A stretch of DNA of 64,000 bases. Source: Callorhinchus milii (lineage: Eukaryota). The translations under genes were made by a program, and so were the position numbers. Positions 14,101-25,539 of this stretch are shown here, in pieces. The stretch lies in contig NW_024704742.1 of assembly GCF_018977255.1 (NCBI RefSeq), positions 87,794,001 to 87,858,000 on the forward strand, in the 5' to 3' direction. Under the pieces are notes generated by a model, which saw only the letters and a list, made by a program, of their open reading frames with translations, had not been told where the DNA came from and ran no database searches. Each line of letters opens with the position of its first letter. Positions within the stretch are counted from its first letter, which is position 1.

Positions 14101-15309
14101 CCTGAGGAAATATTCCCTTTGTGTTGTTCAGCACTCAATTCAGGAGAGAATTCCAAACTGTGGGAAAAAAAACAAAAGCTCAAAACAAGTGTCCACTTAC
14201 AAGGCATTTTGCAATGCGTAAACAGCATTGCACTTGACCTTTTGCTTTGCGTATCAAAGAGTTAAAAATATTGGATTTTTACCCGGTTAATTATTAACTG
14301 GATTTAGCCTCCCAACCTCACAGTAATGTGGAAAGTGATAACAGTATTTAAACAGCACCAAAATCACTGAGACAACTCAGCAAAAACTGAAAGTGGCATT
14401 TCTGAGGTTTCCACTGCCCAGTGTAATAATAATAATCCTTGCATTTGATATAGCGCCCTATTATGTCTTCGAGACGTCTCAAAGCACTTCACAGAATATA
14501 CTGTAAACTGAATCGACTGTATATTTTGTAGGCGAAACACAGCAGCCAATTGCGCACAGCAGTGTCCAATGATGTAATAATGATTATTAAGTAACAGTTG
14601 TGAAATGTTTAGAAATTGAGGGAACCATATTTTATCGCCATCGCAGACAGATTTATTACCAGGAAATGGTATACAAGCTTCATAATTCACACAACACATT
14701 ATTATACCAAAATACTTCACGTAATGGGGATGAGAAATGCAACCTACTATGTGTCCGTTATCATCAGTGAGAATTATCACATTATTCGTCATAATATGCT
14801 CAGGGGGCCAGTCTAACCACAGACTGGTCATGGGTGTGATTCTTGCTGCCAGCTCCACCCAGCAAGTTTGTTTCAATGGTTGAGTCTAAATCCAGCTGGT
14901 GCTACGCTGAACTTGTTGGCTCATGAACCATGAGATCAGAGGGCTAGTTGGCAGCATCGTTGCTTAACTGTGAGTTTGTTTCTGTTGAGTTAAACTGGTA
15001 TTCCTCCAGCCTGCACTCCGATGCAGTGAGACAAGTCCACATCCAGCTTCAAGGCACAACCATTGTGGTGGATTTGCGGTTTCGTTGGCTGCATTTATCA
15101 TCAAAGTGATCATTAACACATCAACAACAACAAATGACATTTGTGGAGCGCCTTTCACATCGGGAGGACCTCCAAGGGAATCATATCACACTGAAGTCAC
15201 AATTTTCACCCTAAAGAGTTCCTTCACTTCTTCACGTTCATGGGGCAGCTAATCCCTCCTTGACAGCCTCATTCACTCCGCTGTCAGTGAATGAGGCTGT
15301 CATTCACCA

Positions 15310-15410
15310 ACTACTCCTTCCAGGCACTTTCTCCTGCTGTCACAGCAGATGTAACACCTGTTCATTGCTTGCTTCCCACAGCACTGCCTGTGGCTCTTTA
15401 GACAACAATT
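15310..15410 (+). mobile_element. Possible degraded Penelope-like element remnant
   Basis: PGTFSCCHSRCNTCSLL resembles the GTFPCxxxRCxTC Cys motif that precedes GIY-YIG in Penelope-like elements (recalled). Confidence 0.4.
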
Positions 15411-16160
15411 TGCATATAAATGTACTGCTCCAATACCACTTTTGGTGCCCTACACTTAACAGTGAAGCTCAAAGCAGCGCTTGGACACCTTGAAGGCACT
15501 ATAATACATTTTTTTTTCTTTTTCACTGGCAAATACAGCAATTAAGGGATTTTCTTAAAGGAAATGAATGATATTAAAACCGGCCAGGTATTTCTACTTA
15601 GGGGGATCCTGAATATTTGCGATCAAAGTTACATTTCAGTAGAATTTAATACTATTTTTAAACCATTACTTGGGGACAAATATCCCTTGATTGAGGTTGT
15701 ACAATGCTTTGGCTGGAAACGACCGATACGGTTGTGTAATAATCCAAAGTTTATTAAGCAATACAAATAGCCTAACTTATTCTTAAAACTGAGACCATAG
15801 ATACAGTAAAATCGATATTGATTCCACTGGGAAGCTCGCTGACCCTCTAAGACAACTTCGACTTTTCCAAAGTTACTTCTTTCTTTCATGTGTTTTTAAT
15901 TCCGCCTCCCCTTCAATAGTCTGATTCACACGACTCCCTGCCTGTATCACTAGTTTTTCCACTGAGAAAATGGAGCTGCAACCCTTCCATCATCAGGCAG
16001 CCAGTGACCAAGAGCAGACTATTTTTCCATGAGAAAAGAACTGATCTGGTGTTGTTTCTGCAGTCTGGGTGTTCCTCAGCCTAGAGAAAGGAGAATGTTA
16101 TCAGAAACTGACCTCAGCCGAGTCCAGCCAAGAGATCTTTAACTCATGCTAAGTTAGTCG

Positions 16161-18587
16161 ACTCACTCGACTTGGTGATCACCCGGGGCCTCAGTGTCTC
16201 GGATGTCACTATCACCGACAAGGCCATCTCTGACCACCACTTCATCTCCTTCACCACATCCACCAGACCCACCACCATCTTCTACCGCCCCTGGAAGAAG
16301 TTACCCCCTCAATCCCTAACCACTGCCTTGGAGTCCTCTGAACTCCTCTCCCTCTGGCCTTCAACCCTCTCACCCTCCTCCACAACACCCTCTCCTCCAC
16401 ACTTGATACTCTTGCCCCCATCACCTCCCGTACTGTCTCCTACTCTTGCTCCTCCCCCTGGTTCACCACCCACCTCCGCTCACTGAAGAGCCAGGTGCGG
16501 GCTTCTTAACGCACCTGGGTCAAATCTGGCCTAATGGTCCACCGACAAATCTGGCTGGACCTCCTCAAAACCTACCGCTCCACTCTAGCCTCGGCCAAAT
16601 CGTCCTTCTACTCCAGGATAATCCTGGAGGCGAAGGACAACCCCAGGCTACTGTTCTCTACCACATGCCGACTCCTCCGTTCCCCCCGCCACCCCGCGCA
16701 GGTCATCTCCTCCAACCTTCACTGCGAGGAGATGCTGGATTTCCTTGAATCCAAAATCAAGGGAATTCGCTCCGCGGTCACTTCCCCTCCAACATCCACC
16801 CACCCCCACCCCTTCCCTCCCACACTCCGACTCCTACCCATCCTCCCCTACACACTTTCGTACCCGTTTCCCCACCCTCTGTCACCAAACTCATCCTATC
16901 CCTGAAACCCACCACCTGCTCCCTTGACCCCATCCCCACTCCACTCCTTATCTCCCAGCTCCACCTCCTTGCCCCACATATCACAGACATCGTCAACCTG
17001 TCCCTCTCCTCTGGCTCTGTTCCCATTCCCTTAAAAACTGCCACCATCACTCCCACCTTGAAAAAACCCTCCCTTGATGCGTCGCAGCTATCAAGCTACC
17101 GGCCCATCTCCAACCTCCCCTTCCTATCCAAGGTCCTGGAACGAGTTGTCGCCTCCCAGCTGCGCTCTTTCCTCTCCAACCATTCATTATTCGAACCCCT
17201 TCAGTTGGGTTTCCATGCTGCCCATAACAGGTCAAGGTCACCAATGACATCCTGACCATCTGTGACCAGGGCTTCCTCTGCCTCCTCGTCCTCCTCGACC
17301 TATCGGCAGCATTCGATACGGTCGACCATGCTATCCTCCTCCACCGCTTGTCCTCCCACCTAAACCTTCAAGGCCCTGTCCTTGAGTGGTTTAGGTCGTA
17401 CCTCTCCCACCGTCTTCACTTTGTCTCCACGAATGGTTTTTCCTCCACCCCCGCACTGTCTCGTGCGGTGTCCCTCAGGGCTCTGTCCTCGGTCCCCTCC
17501 TCTTCACCCTCTATATGCTCCCCCTTGGTGACATCATCCGCAGACATGGGGTTAACTTCCACATGTATGCGGATGACACCCAACTCTACCTTTCTCTACC
17601 TCTATTATTATTATTACCTTTCCTCCTCTACCCTCAACTCCACGACCACCGATGTCCTGACAGCTGCCTGTCCGACATCGAGTCCTGGACGAGAGATAAC
17701 TTTCTTCAGCTCAATGTGCGTAAAACTGAGGCCCTCCTGATTGGCTCACGTCAGCGCCTCCGCACCTCAGGCGCTGACAGCATCAGCATCCAAGGCTGCA
17801 CTCTCCACCTCTCAAAGCCAGTCAGGAACCTCGGGTTCTGTTCGACCCTGAGCTGTCCTTTCTCCCTCATATCCGCGCCACAACTGGCACCGCCTTCCAT
17901 CACCTCCGGAATGTCGCCAGACTACGGCACTACCTCACCCCTCACGCTGCTGAAACCTGGTCCACGCCTTTATCACCTCAAGGCTGGACTATGGGAACTC
18001 TCTCCTCGCCGGCCTTCCCGGCACCTCCCTCCACAAGCTGCAGGTCATTCAGAACTCTGCAGCTCGTGTACTGTCCCGCACCAGGCTTCGGGACCACATC
18101 ACTCCCACCCTCGCTCGCCTCCACTGGCTCCCCATCCCCCAGAGGATCGAATTCAAGATCCTCATCCTCACCTACAAGGCCATTCACGGCCTTGCTCCCT
18201 CCTACCTCTCCGACCTACTATCCCCCTACCTACCTGCCCGTACCCTCCGTTCCTCTGGCTCCGGTCTGCTCCACATCCCCCGCCCCAACCGCCCTACCAT
18301 CGGTGGCCGGGCCTTCAGCCTCTCAGCCCCGAGGCTCTGGAACTCTATCCCCCAGTGCCTTCGCCGCCTCCTCCCTTTCCTCCTTCAAGGCCGGTCTCAA
18401 GACCTTTCTCTTTGACCGTGCCTTCAGCTCCCCTCTCGACTCTCTACCCCTCCTCGCTCCCTCCCTTCCCTCCCCTCACCCTGACCATTTCCCCCCTGCT
18501 CGGGTCCCGACCCAACTGTCCAGCGCCTTGGGACGTCCTCCCGACGTGAAAGGCGCTCTATAAATGGAATGTTGCTGTTGTTGTTGT
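16161..18587 (+). mobile_element. 5'-truncated L2-clade LINE (end of endonuclease, RT, 3'UTR), frameshifted, relatively young
   Basis: LDLVITRG...SDHHFISF (APE end), [28 protein letters not shown] (RT), L2-type C-terminal region; CpG-rich; 3' stem-loop and (TTG)n tail. Confidence 0.93.
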
Positions 18588-20559
18588 AGTCGTTTGAGAC
18601 AACCAGCCCCTATCATGTCTTATGAAATTAATTGGTCATACAGTAGAGGATCATAAGTATGTTACATTCTAAAGCATTAAAAACATAAAAAACATAAAAA
18701 CATATATAAGCATCGCAAATATAATCTTATAGCAGTGAGTCATCCAGTTTCTGTAATATTCTTCATTATGATATAATAACTAATGTGCTTAATTCTTAGG
18801 TGTCCCGAGTCCTGACCTGGGCTTGAACCAACAAGATTCTGACTGAGGTGAGTGCTACCACTGAGCCAGGCTGACACACAATAGTAAAAACAATACTCAC
18901 TTCTCAGCGACATCTATACTCAACGGATGCTGCACCTAATAATAATAATGCATATGATATAGTGCATTTTAAATCAGGAGGATGTCTCAAAGTGCATCAC
19001 GGGATTATAAGGAGTAAGGAGTATTGACTATATTTTGTAGGCAAACCACTGTTCAGGCGCCTATCTCAGTTTTGGCTTCCAGATTGTTGCCTTGACAGGA
19101 GATTGGCATCCAGGCAGAATTCCACATTCACTAATTTACAACCCCCTTTGCGGATTTACACCTGTAAACTGTTACCTACCCAAACCACTCATTTTAAAGG
19201 GCAAAGTTTTGCTGGTGTGTGCAGTCCACAGTAATGTTATTGCAGTCTGTAGCATCTTCTTGTTGGTGGTAATCAAACACAAATTACCAACATGTTGAAA
19301 ATCTAATATTTTATGCAGCTATAAAGAAACGTTGTTTTTTGACTGAAACATCAATTAAAATCAATTACTGGGGGAAATGATACTTGAATAAAAACGACTT
19401 TGTTTTTGATATTAAAAATACATTCCATTGTTGTATACTACATCTCTCACTGCCTTCCACTCATTGATTGGTCATAGTTTATTTTTAGTTATAAACTATG
19501 ACCAACAAATAAATGGAAGCCAGTGGGAGGGAAATATAAAAATAAATATTGCTTATAGTTTATTTTATTTATTCGCCAAATAAAACTTCACAGCTGTTTG
19601 TGAGACATTTGAAAAGGGAATTAGGAATGTATTTGAAAAGGACAAAAAATTAGGGCTATGGGGTAAGAACGGGGGACTGGGATTAGTTGGATAGCCCTTT
19701 CAAAGAGCTGATACAGGCATCATGGGCCGAATGGCTTCCTTCTGTGCTGTAAGATTCTATGATTTATATGATTACTGCACGTAAATTGGTTCCCGTGTTC
19801 ACCCATGAAATGCAGTCACACCGCTTTGCAGTCTCGATGGCATGATAAGGCACTATATAAAAGCAAGAATTATTATTTTTCCTGAAATAGAATTTGGCCC
19901 ATACAACAATACTGCCTTTCAATCCATGAAATCAATAGACCTGGCCAATTACAGATATAAATGAGAACAGTAAAGTGTAGGTGTTTCTGAGAATTACACA
20001 AACATTGTAAAGATTAATAAATGGCAGTTAAATGTTTCAAAAAATATTCTGACAATCCCATAAAACTAAATTACTGTAGCAAGATTAAACATGGAAGAAT
20101 TTACTTTTATTATGAGAAACACTTCAGATTATTCACATGTGCACACTCTGGGATCTCCAAGCCTTAGCTCTTGCCAATCTGCACCTAATACTTTCCGGAA
20201 TTAATTAAGCAGGATACTTCCCTCCAGGGAGAGTGTGAATACCATTCCAACAATCTATCTCTGGGTTTTCCATGTGTAGGTGGGATGCATGGAAATCTCA
20301 GTTTGGTTTGGATGCTCTTAAGCATAATGATGGGTTTCTGGATGCGTCAGATACCGGGTTGACTAAAAAATAATTATTTTAAAGCGTAAAATGTGGCACA
20401 AACATTGGAATGATTGCAATGGCTGTTTTATAAGAAGACAATGGTTTGAATTGCCTTGAAAGATATGGTTATTTAAAACCCCCGAAAAACACTAGATGCA
20501 GGAGGAAGTTTAATCCCTGTGAACAATCCCACCACATTTTACTTAAAAGATAAAATATT

Positions 20560-21300
20560 AGAGGGTGGGGGCAGTGTGCCAGAAGTCCCGCCCGCCAATG
20601 GTGGGGAGGTTGAGGCAGGGGACGTGAAGCAGGCTGAGCCCACTGAGTGGAGGGAGTGGGCAGGATGGTAGGGGGTTAGGAGGTCGCAGAGATAGGGGGG
20701 AGCGAGGCCATGGAGAGCTTTGAAGGTGAGGACCAGGAGCTTGAATTGTATCCTCTATGTGATGGGAAACCAGTGGAGTTGGGCGAGGATGGGGTTGATA
20801 GGGTCACAGAGCCTGGTGCGGCGATGACACGGCCTGCAGAGTTCTGGATGATCTGCAAGCTATGGAGGGAGGAGTTGGGGAGGCTGACAAGCAAGGAGTT
20901 TGCATAGTCAAGCCTGGATGTTATGAATGCGTGTATGAGGGTTTTGACGGCCTGCGGTGTGAGACAGTGGCAAAGCTGGACAATATTGTGGAGATGGGGG
21001 AAGACAGAGCGGGTCATGGCATGGATGTGGGGTAGAAAGGATAGTTGAGGGTCAAACAAGACCCCAAGGTTGCGGACTGGCTTAGTAAGGTGGAATGTGC
21101 AACCATGGATGTGGATGCTGCCAGCGCCTGAGGTGTGGAGGCACTGACGGAGCCAATCAGGAGAGCCTTAGTCTTGTTGACGTTCAACTGTAGAAAGTTA
21201 GCTCTCATCCAGGACATTCTGTCAGGACCACAGTGATCCTGGAGTCAAGGGTGGAGGCAGAGCAATACAGTTGGGTGTAATCCGCATTCATGTGGAAGTT
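20560..21300 (-). mobile_element. L2 LINE fragment
   Basis: Minus-strand ORFs SWMRANFLQLNVNKTKALLIG and [17 protein letters not shown]. Confidence 0.9.
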
Positions 21301-22429
21301 GTAGGCGCCAGCCTACAACGGTAGCTCAGGAATCCTGTAGTTGCAACAATTAGAAACATATGGCCTTGTATTGAGTGAGCTTTGTGTTTTTTTTAATAGA
21401 CACTGGCTATATTACAGGATGCAGTGGCGTGGAATATGGAAAGAATAGCAAATACCCCATGGCTGGGGAAATTCTAGGTGACATCAGCGTGGTTCAACCT
21501 TTTGGCTGCTGAATATTTTATCCTGATCGGTGAGTCCCATTGCCGCGCAAAGCCTGAGCCACTGGTGACCGCCAGTTGGACCACCCTGATTTATATCACG
21601 CATTTCTACTAAGCTGCCATCTCAACTAAGCAACTATGGAAAAGTGTTAACCAAGGGGAAAGACAAAATCAGGCTGTTTTCTGGCTCCAGTGTTCCAACA
21701 TGCTATTTTGCATGAAGAGCAGTATATAGATGCAAGTTGTTGTTGTCCTGCTGAAGTTGGTGGATAAATTGCCTTGCTGGGAGCATATTTCCCTCCTAGA
21801 CCTTCTGCAGTTAGTGAACAACCTAGGACATTGCTGTGCACAAATTCTCTGCCACGTTCACCCACAAAAAACAGTCACTTTACTTTACAATGTAGTTTGT
21901 GAAACACTTTGAGACGTCCTCCTGACATGAAAGGCATTATACCAAATGTAAGGACCATTATTATTATTTACCTGTATGAAAAGGCAGAGGTTCCTAATTC
22001 CAGAAATTATTAGGCACAGGTTGGCAAGGGCCAAGATTTGGGAACCTCAGAGTGTGAATTAGGATTCTGCTGGAGTTTGACCAGTTAAAACTACATAGCT
22101 TGCTTTCGAGAGCAGAGTTTGACATGGCTCTCTCTGCTTCTTTCAAACCGCTCAAGCTCTTGTCTTGTCATTTGCCATGAGGGTGTGGATAAAGGTTTTA
22201 ATAGTCTTAGCAAAATAAATTTCACCAATTGCCATTAATGTTCTTCACAGCAGTTTGGCAGGGGTGGGATGTCTGGCAGAAATTAAAAATAACTTCAATC
22301 GGCAACATTCCCCTTACAATTCAGCTCTTGTTTACACACCACAAAATTATCGCTAACATTAGTAACCTGAGAAATTTCTCATCTTTTTCATATTTAATAA
22401 TAATAATGATTATTATTATTATCCCCCAT

Positions 22430-22563
22430 GGAGTCCTATAGTGTATTGGATAGAGCACTCACCTCGCAGGCGAGAGGACCTGGGTTCGATTCCCCAGTCG
22501 AGTGAAATGTTGGGCAAGTTTCCTTACCCCTATATCAAATGCAAAGATAATTATTATTATTAT
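22430..22563 (+). mobile_element. Mini-SINE: tRNA head joined directly to the CTATATCAAATGCAA(TAT)n tail
   Basis: Head with B-box GGTTCGATTCC; the whole middle and the stem-loop are missing. Confidence 0.75.
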
Positions 22564-22793
22564 AATAACAGGAAGCTGGATTTTTGTTGCTGCAAACAGA
22601 GTCATCTCCCTCTTCCACCTCCTGGGACCAACACATTACAATCTTCTAACCCCATAACTAACCTCTGTCTGTGTGTGGTGGTGTGAGTGTGTGTGTGTGT
22701 GGGGGTGTGGGGATGGTATGCGATCACTGACATCTCATGAGATGAGGAAAGAGTTCAGTCAAAGACTGGTCAGAAGATAAAAAACAGTGGTAC

Positions 22794-22814
22794 CATCATC
22801 ATCATCATCATCAT

Positions 22815-22845
<31 letters not shown>

Positions 22846-22846
22846 A
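22794..22846 (+). repeat. Compound trinucleotide microsatellite (CAT)n(CAG)n(CAA)n(CAG)n
   Basis: Read directly from the sequence. Confidence 0.9.
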
Positions 22847-22971
22847 CCAAAACGATGGCATTACCTAATTGAACAGCCAGTCAGTACCTGTGTGGGTGTG
22901 TGTGTGTGGGGGTGTGTGCAACACCTCCACACAACACATTGCAATTGGCAGTGGGGGGAAACTGATTGACT

Positions 22972-23162
22972 GGGGGGGGGGTAAGAGGGGTTGGGTGGGG
23001 GGGGGGTTAAGGGGGGTGGGGGGGGGGTAAGGGGGTTGGGTGGGGGGTGTAAGGGGGTTGGGGTGGGGGGGGGGTAAGGGGGGTTGGGGTGGGGGGGGGT
23101 AAGGGGGGGTGGGGGGGGGGTAAGAGGGGGGTGGGGGGGGGTAAGAGGGGGGTGGGGGGGGG
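22972..23162 (+). repeat. G-rich minisatellite: 8 TAAG cores separated by long G runs (20-26 nt period)
   Basis: TAAG at 22982, 23008, 23028, 23050, 23075, 23100, 23121, 23142. Confidence 0.9.
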
Positions 23163-23399
23163 CAGAAACCAACTCATCCAGATCCAGCAAACCAGGCACC
23201 AACCCCCCCACACACACACCCACCCACTCCCTCCCTCCCCAGTCTCCAAGCAGCAAAAAACGTGAGAGCACCTCGCCCCTCCATGCAGTTATTTAACAAG
23301 GTAATTGGGTTAAGGAGGGACACACCGGCCAACCAGTTGTTGGGAGACAGCGGAGGAGGTGGGGTGGGGGGGGAGAGAGCGAGAGAGGGAGGAGAGGGA

Positions 23400-23575
23400 G
23401 AGGGAAAGGGAGGGAGGGAGAGATGCATTTAGACTGATATAAGAGCACGTCCCTGCGTCATTCCCGGCGTGTCGACATGTCCCACTCAGTGTGTTGGGGG
23501 GTGACAGGGAGAAGCGATCGAGCCGGGGAGAGCCGGCGGGCGGGCAGGAGAGGCGGGGGCAGGAGAGGCGGGGGC
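23400..23575 (+). promoter_or_regulatory. VLDLR proximal promoter/5'UTR, CpG-rich
   Basis: CpG-rich stretch before the ATG; TATAAG 23438-23443, CACGT 23446-23450, TGCGTCA 23454-23460, and a duplicated GCAGGAGAGGCGGGGG just before the ATG. Confidence 0.55.
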
Positions 23576-23675
23576 ATGGGGCGCTCCGGGCTCGCGCTGC
23601 CGCCGCTGCTACTGCCGCTACTGCCGCCGCTGCTGCTGCTGCTGCTGCTCGTGCATCACAGCACATGGGTGGACG
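23576..23675 (+). CDS. VLDLR: VLDLR exon 1 coding part: signal peptide MGRSGLALPPLLLPLLPPLLLLLLLVHHSTWVD(G)
   Basis: ATG in GC-rich context (GGCATGG), hydrophobic Leu core, donor G|GTGAGT in phase 1 matching exon 2. Confidence 0.88.
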
Positions 23676-23699
23676 GTGAGTAGATGTGACTGCAAAAGG

Positions 23700-24312
23700 C
23701 TTTTTTTTTTTTTGCACACGCACTGGCGTCGGGCTTTGTGTGTGTGTGTGTGCGTGTGTGTGTGTGTGCATATGCGAGTGTGTGTGTGTGTGCATGTGTG
23801 TGTGTGCATTTAATTGGGAGAGGTAAAAGGAGGGGAGGGGGGGGGGGTGGACGGGTGTTGCTGATGTGGGATGAGGTGATCACACACACACACAAGGCGT
23901 CTCTCTCTCTCTCTCTCCCTCTCTCCCTCTCTTTCTCTCTCTCTGCTGTTGACTTTTAGCCACTTCCCCACTCTCAAACGCGATAAAGTAACCCGTTTCA
24001 GCTTTGAGAGAAGCCGGACTATGTGAGTGAGGTGTGTGACCCCCCCACCCCCCCCCCCCCCCCCACACACCCGCACACACACACACCCGCACACACAGTG
24101 TTGTAGCTGAGCCCTCACTGCGGGCTGCGCTGGGCGGGCGGGCGGTGCGTGTTGTTCGTGCTATCCTCTCCCTCTCCCTCTCTCTCTCTCTCCCTCTCTC
24201 TCTGCTGTGGCTGAGCTGCACTGTATTTTTATAATGTTTCGTGTGGGAATCAAGAATGTGTCTTTCTTCTTCCTCCCCCCCCTCCCCCCCCCCCCCCACA
24301 CACACACACACT
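23700..24312. repeat. Microsatellite cluster at the start of VLDLR intron 1: poly-T, (TG)n, (CA)n, (CT)n, poly-C/poly-G
   Basis: Read directly from the sequence. Confidence 0.9.
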
Positions 24313-25407
24313 CCCACATCATCCCCTCCCGGGAATGCAGTCCTACTTAATACTAAAAATAGCACCGATTTAAAGGGGTAATAGCTGTAGCCTCGAATCC
24401 TGGATTAGATGCCATCTGTAGCACTGGTCTCTGTAGTACCGCCTCTCTCTCTATCTCTCTCTCTGTCTATTCTCTACCTATATTTATCTCGTGGGGTCCA
24501 CTGGAAGCCGCCATTGCATTGGTGGTGGTGGTGGGGGGGGATATAAATGCAAAGTTAATGCACAGATTCCAAGGCTTTGTCATGTCACCTTTCACCAAAA
24601 GACTGTCCCCCTTTTTGTTTTGCAAAGGACTGAGTCTGGTCTGAGTTCAGGGGCTGCACCTCCTCACTCGCTGTCTGCATTTGTTCTCTGAATGGCTTGA
24701 GTCACAAAGAGGTTTATTTTATTTTAATTGTTTTTTTTCCCCCCCCTGTATGCCATGGAGTGCAATGGGGTTTGCTGTCTGGCACCGACCCCTTCAGGTG
24801 CCTGAACTCCAAAGCCCACGATTGTGATGCAAGTGTAGAGCATCATTGCGTTATTTGTGAATGGATTTGAGTGTTTATTCTAAGTGGAGGTGTGTTCCTC
24901 CTCTTAATTGCAGGAACCTTGTATTTCCTGGTGCTGGAAAGTAGGCTGAACAACCCTCTTCCCCCCACCCCCCCACCTCCTTTCCATTTAAACAACTGCA
25001 CGAATTGCACTAAGAAATCTCCAAACTGCCACCAAAAGTGATCACAGCCTTTGAAACTGGCGATCCCTTCCTTATGCGGGTGCAAGTTGCTCTTAACGTT
25101 TATCTTGAGCAAAAAAAAGATTAATTTGACGACTAAACTACTTCGCTTTCCTTCCTCTTTTTTTCTCTCTCTCTCTCTCCCCACCCCCTCCCTCCTTCCG
25201 CTCCAATTTGCCACGAGTTTACTTCAAAGCATTCCCTATTCCTATAAGGGTCACTATTAATATGACTGAGAAACAGCTGACTGAACAAGCTGGATGAATC
25301 CAAGACAGGCAGAATTCCCTGGTCTCTCTCTCTCTGTTATCTGGCCGCTGCCCTTGAACTGGGTTTGGCATAAACAAACCAACTCTTACTTGTGGTAAAG
25401 TGACTAG

Positions 25408-25539
25408 TAAATTGGCTGCCGCGTTCGCCCACAAATATACAGTCAATTCACTTTACAGTGTGTTCTGTGAAGCGCTTTGGGACATCCTCCCGACGTGAAA
25501 AGCGCTATATCAAATGCAAGGATTATTATTATTATTATT
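25408..25539 (+). mobile_element. 3' half of the young SINE subfamily
   Basis: Near-identical to about 32765-32896. Confidence 0.88.

Noticed and set aside
17515..18563. 344-aa and 190-aa ORFs as host genes or an active LINE
   Set aside because: Out-of-frame pieces of a 5'-truncated, frameshifted L2 ORF2.
1..22400. Additional host protein-coding exons upstream of VLDLR
   Set aside because: No ORF with a recognisable non-TE domain or consistent splice/phase pattern was found; a lncRNA cannot be excluded from sequence alone.
22861..24365. Pro-, Gly-, Ala- and His/Thr-rich ORFs on both strands
   Set aside because: Translations of G-runs and microsatellites; only 23576-23675 fits a spliced gene.
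24755..24797. Possible alternative VLDLR first exon (GCCATGG Kozak, MECNGVCCLAPTPS, phase-1 CAG|GTGCCT)
   Set aside because: Weak donor, no signal peptide, and no transcript evidence; compatible with chance.
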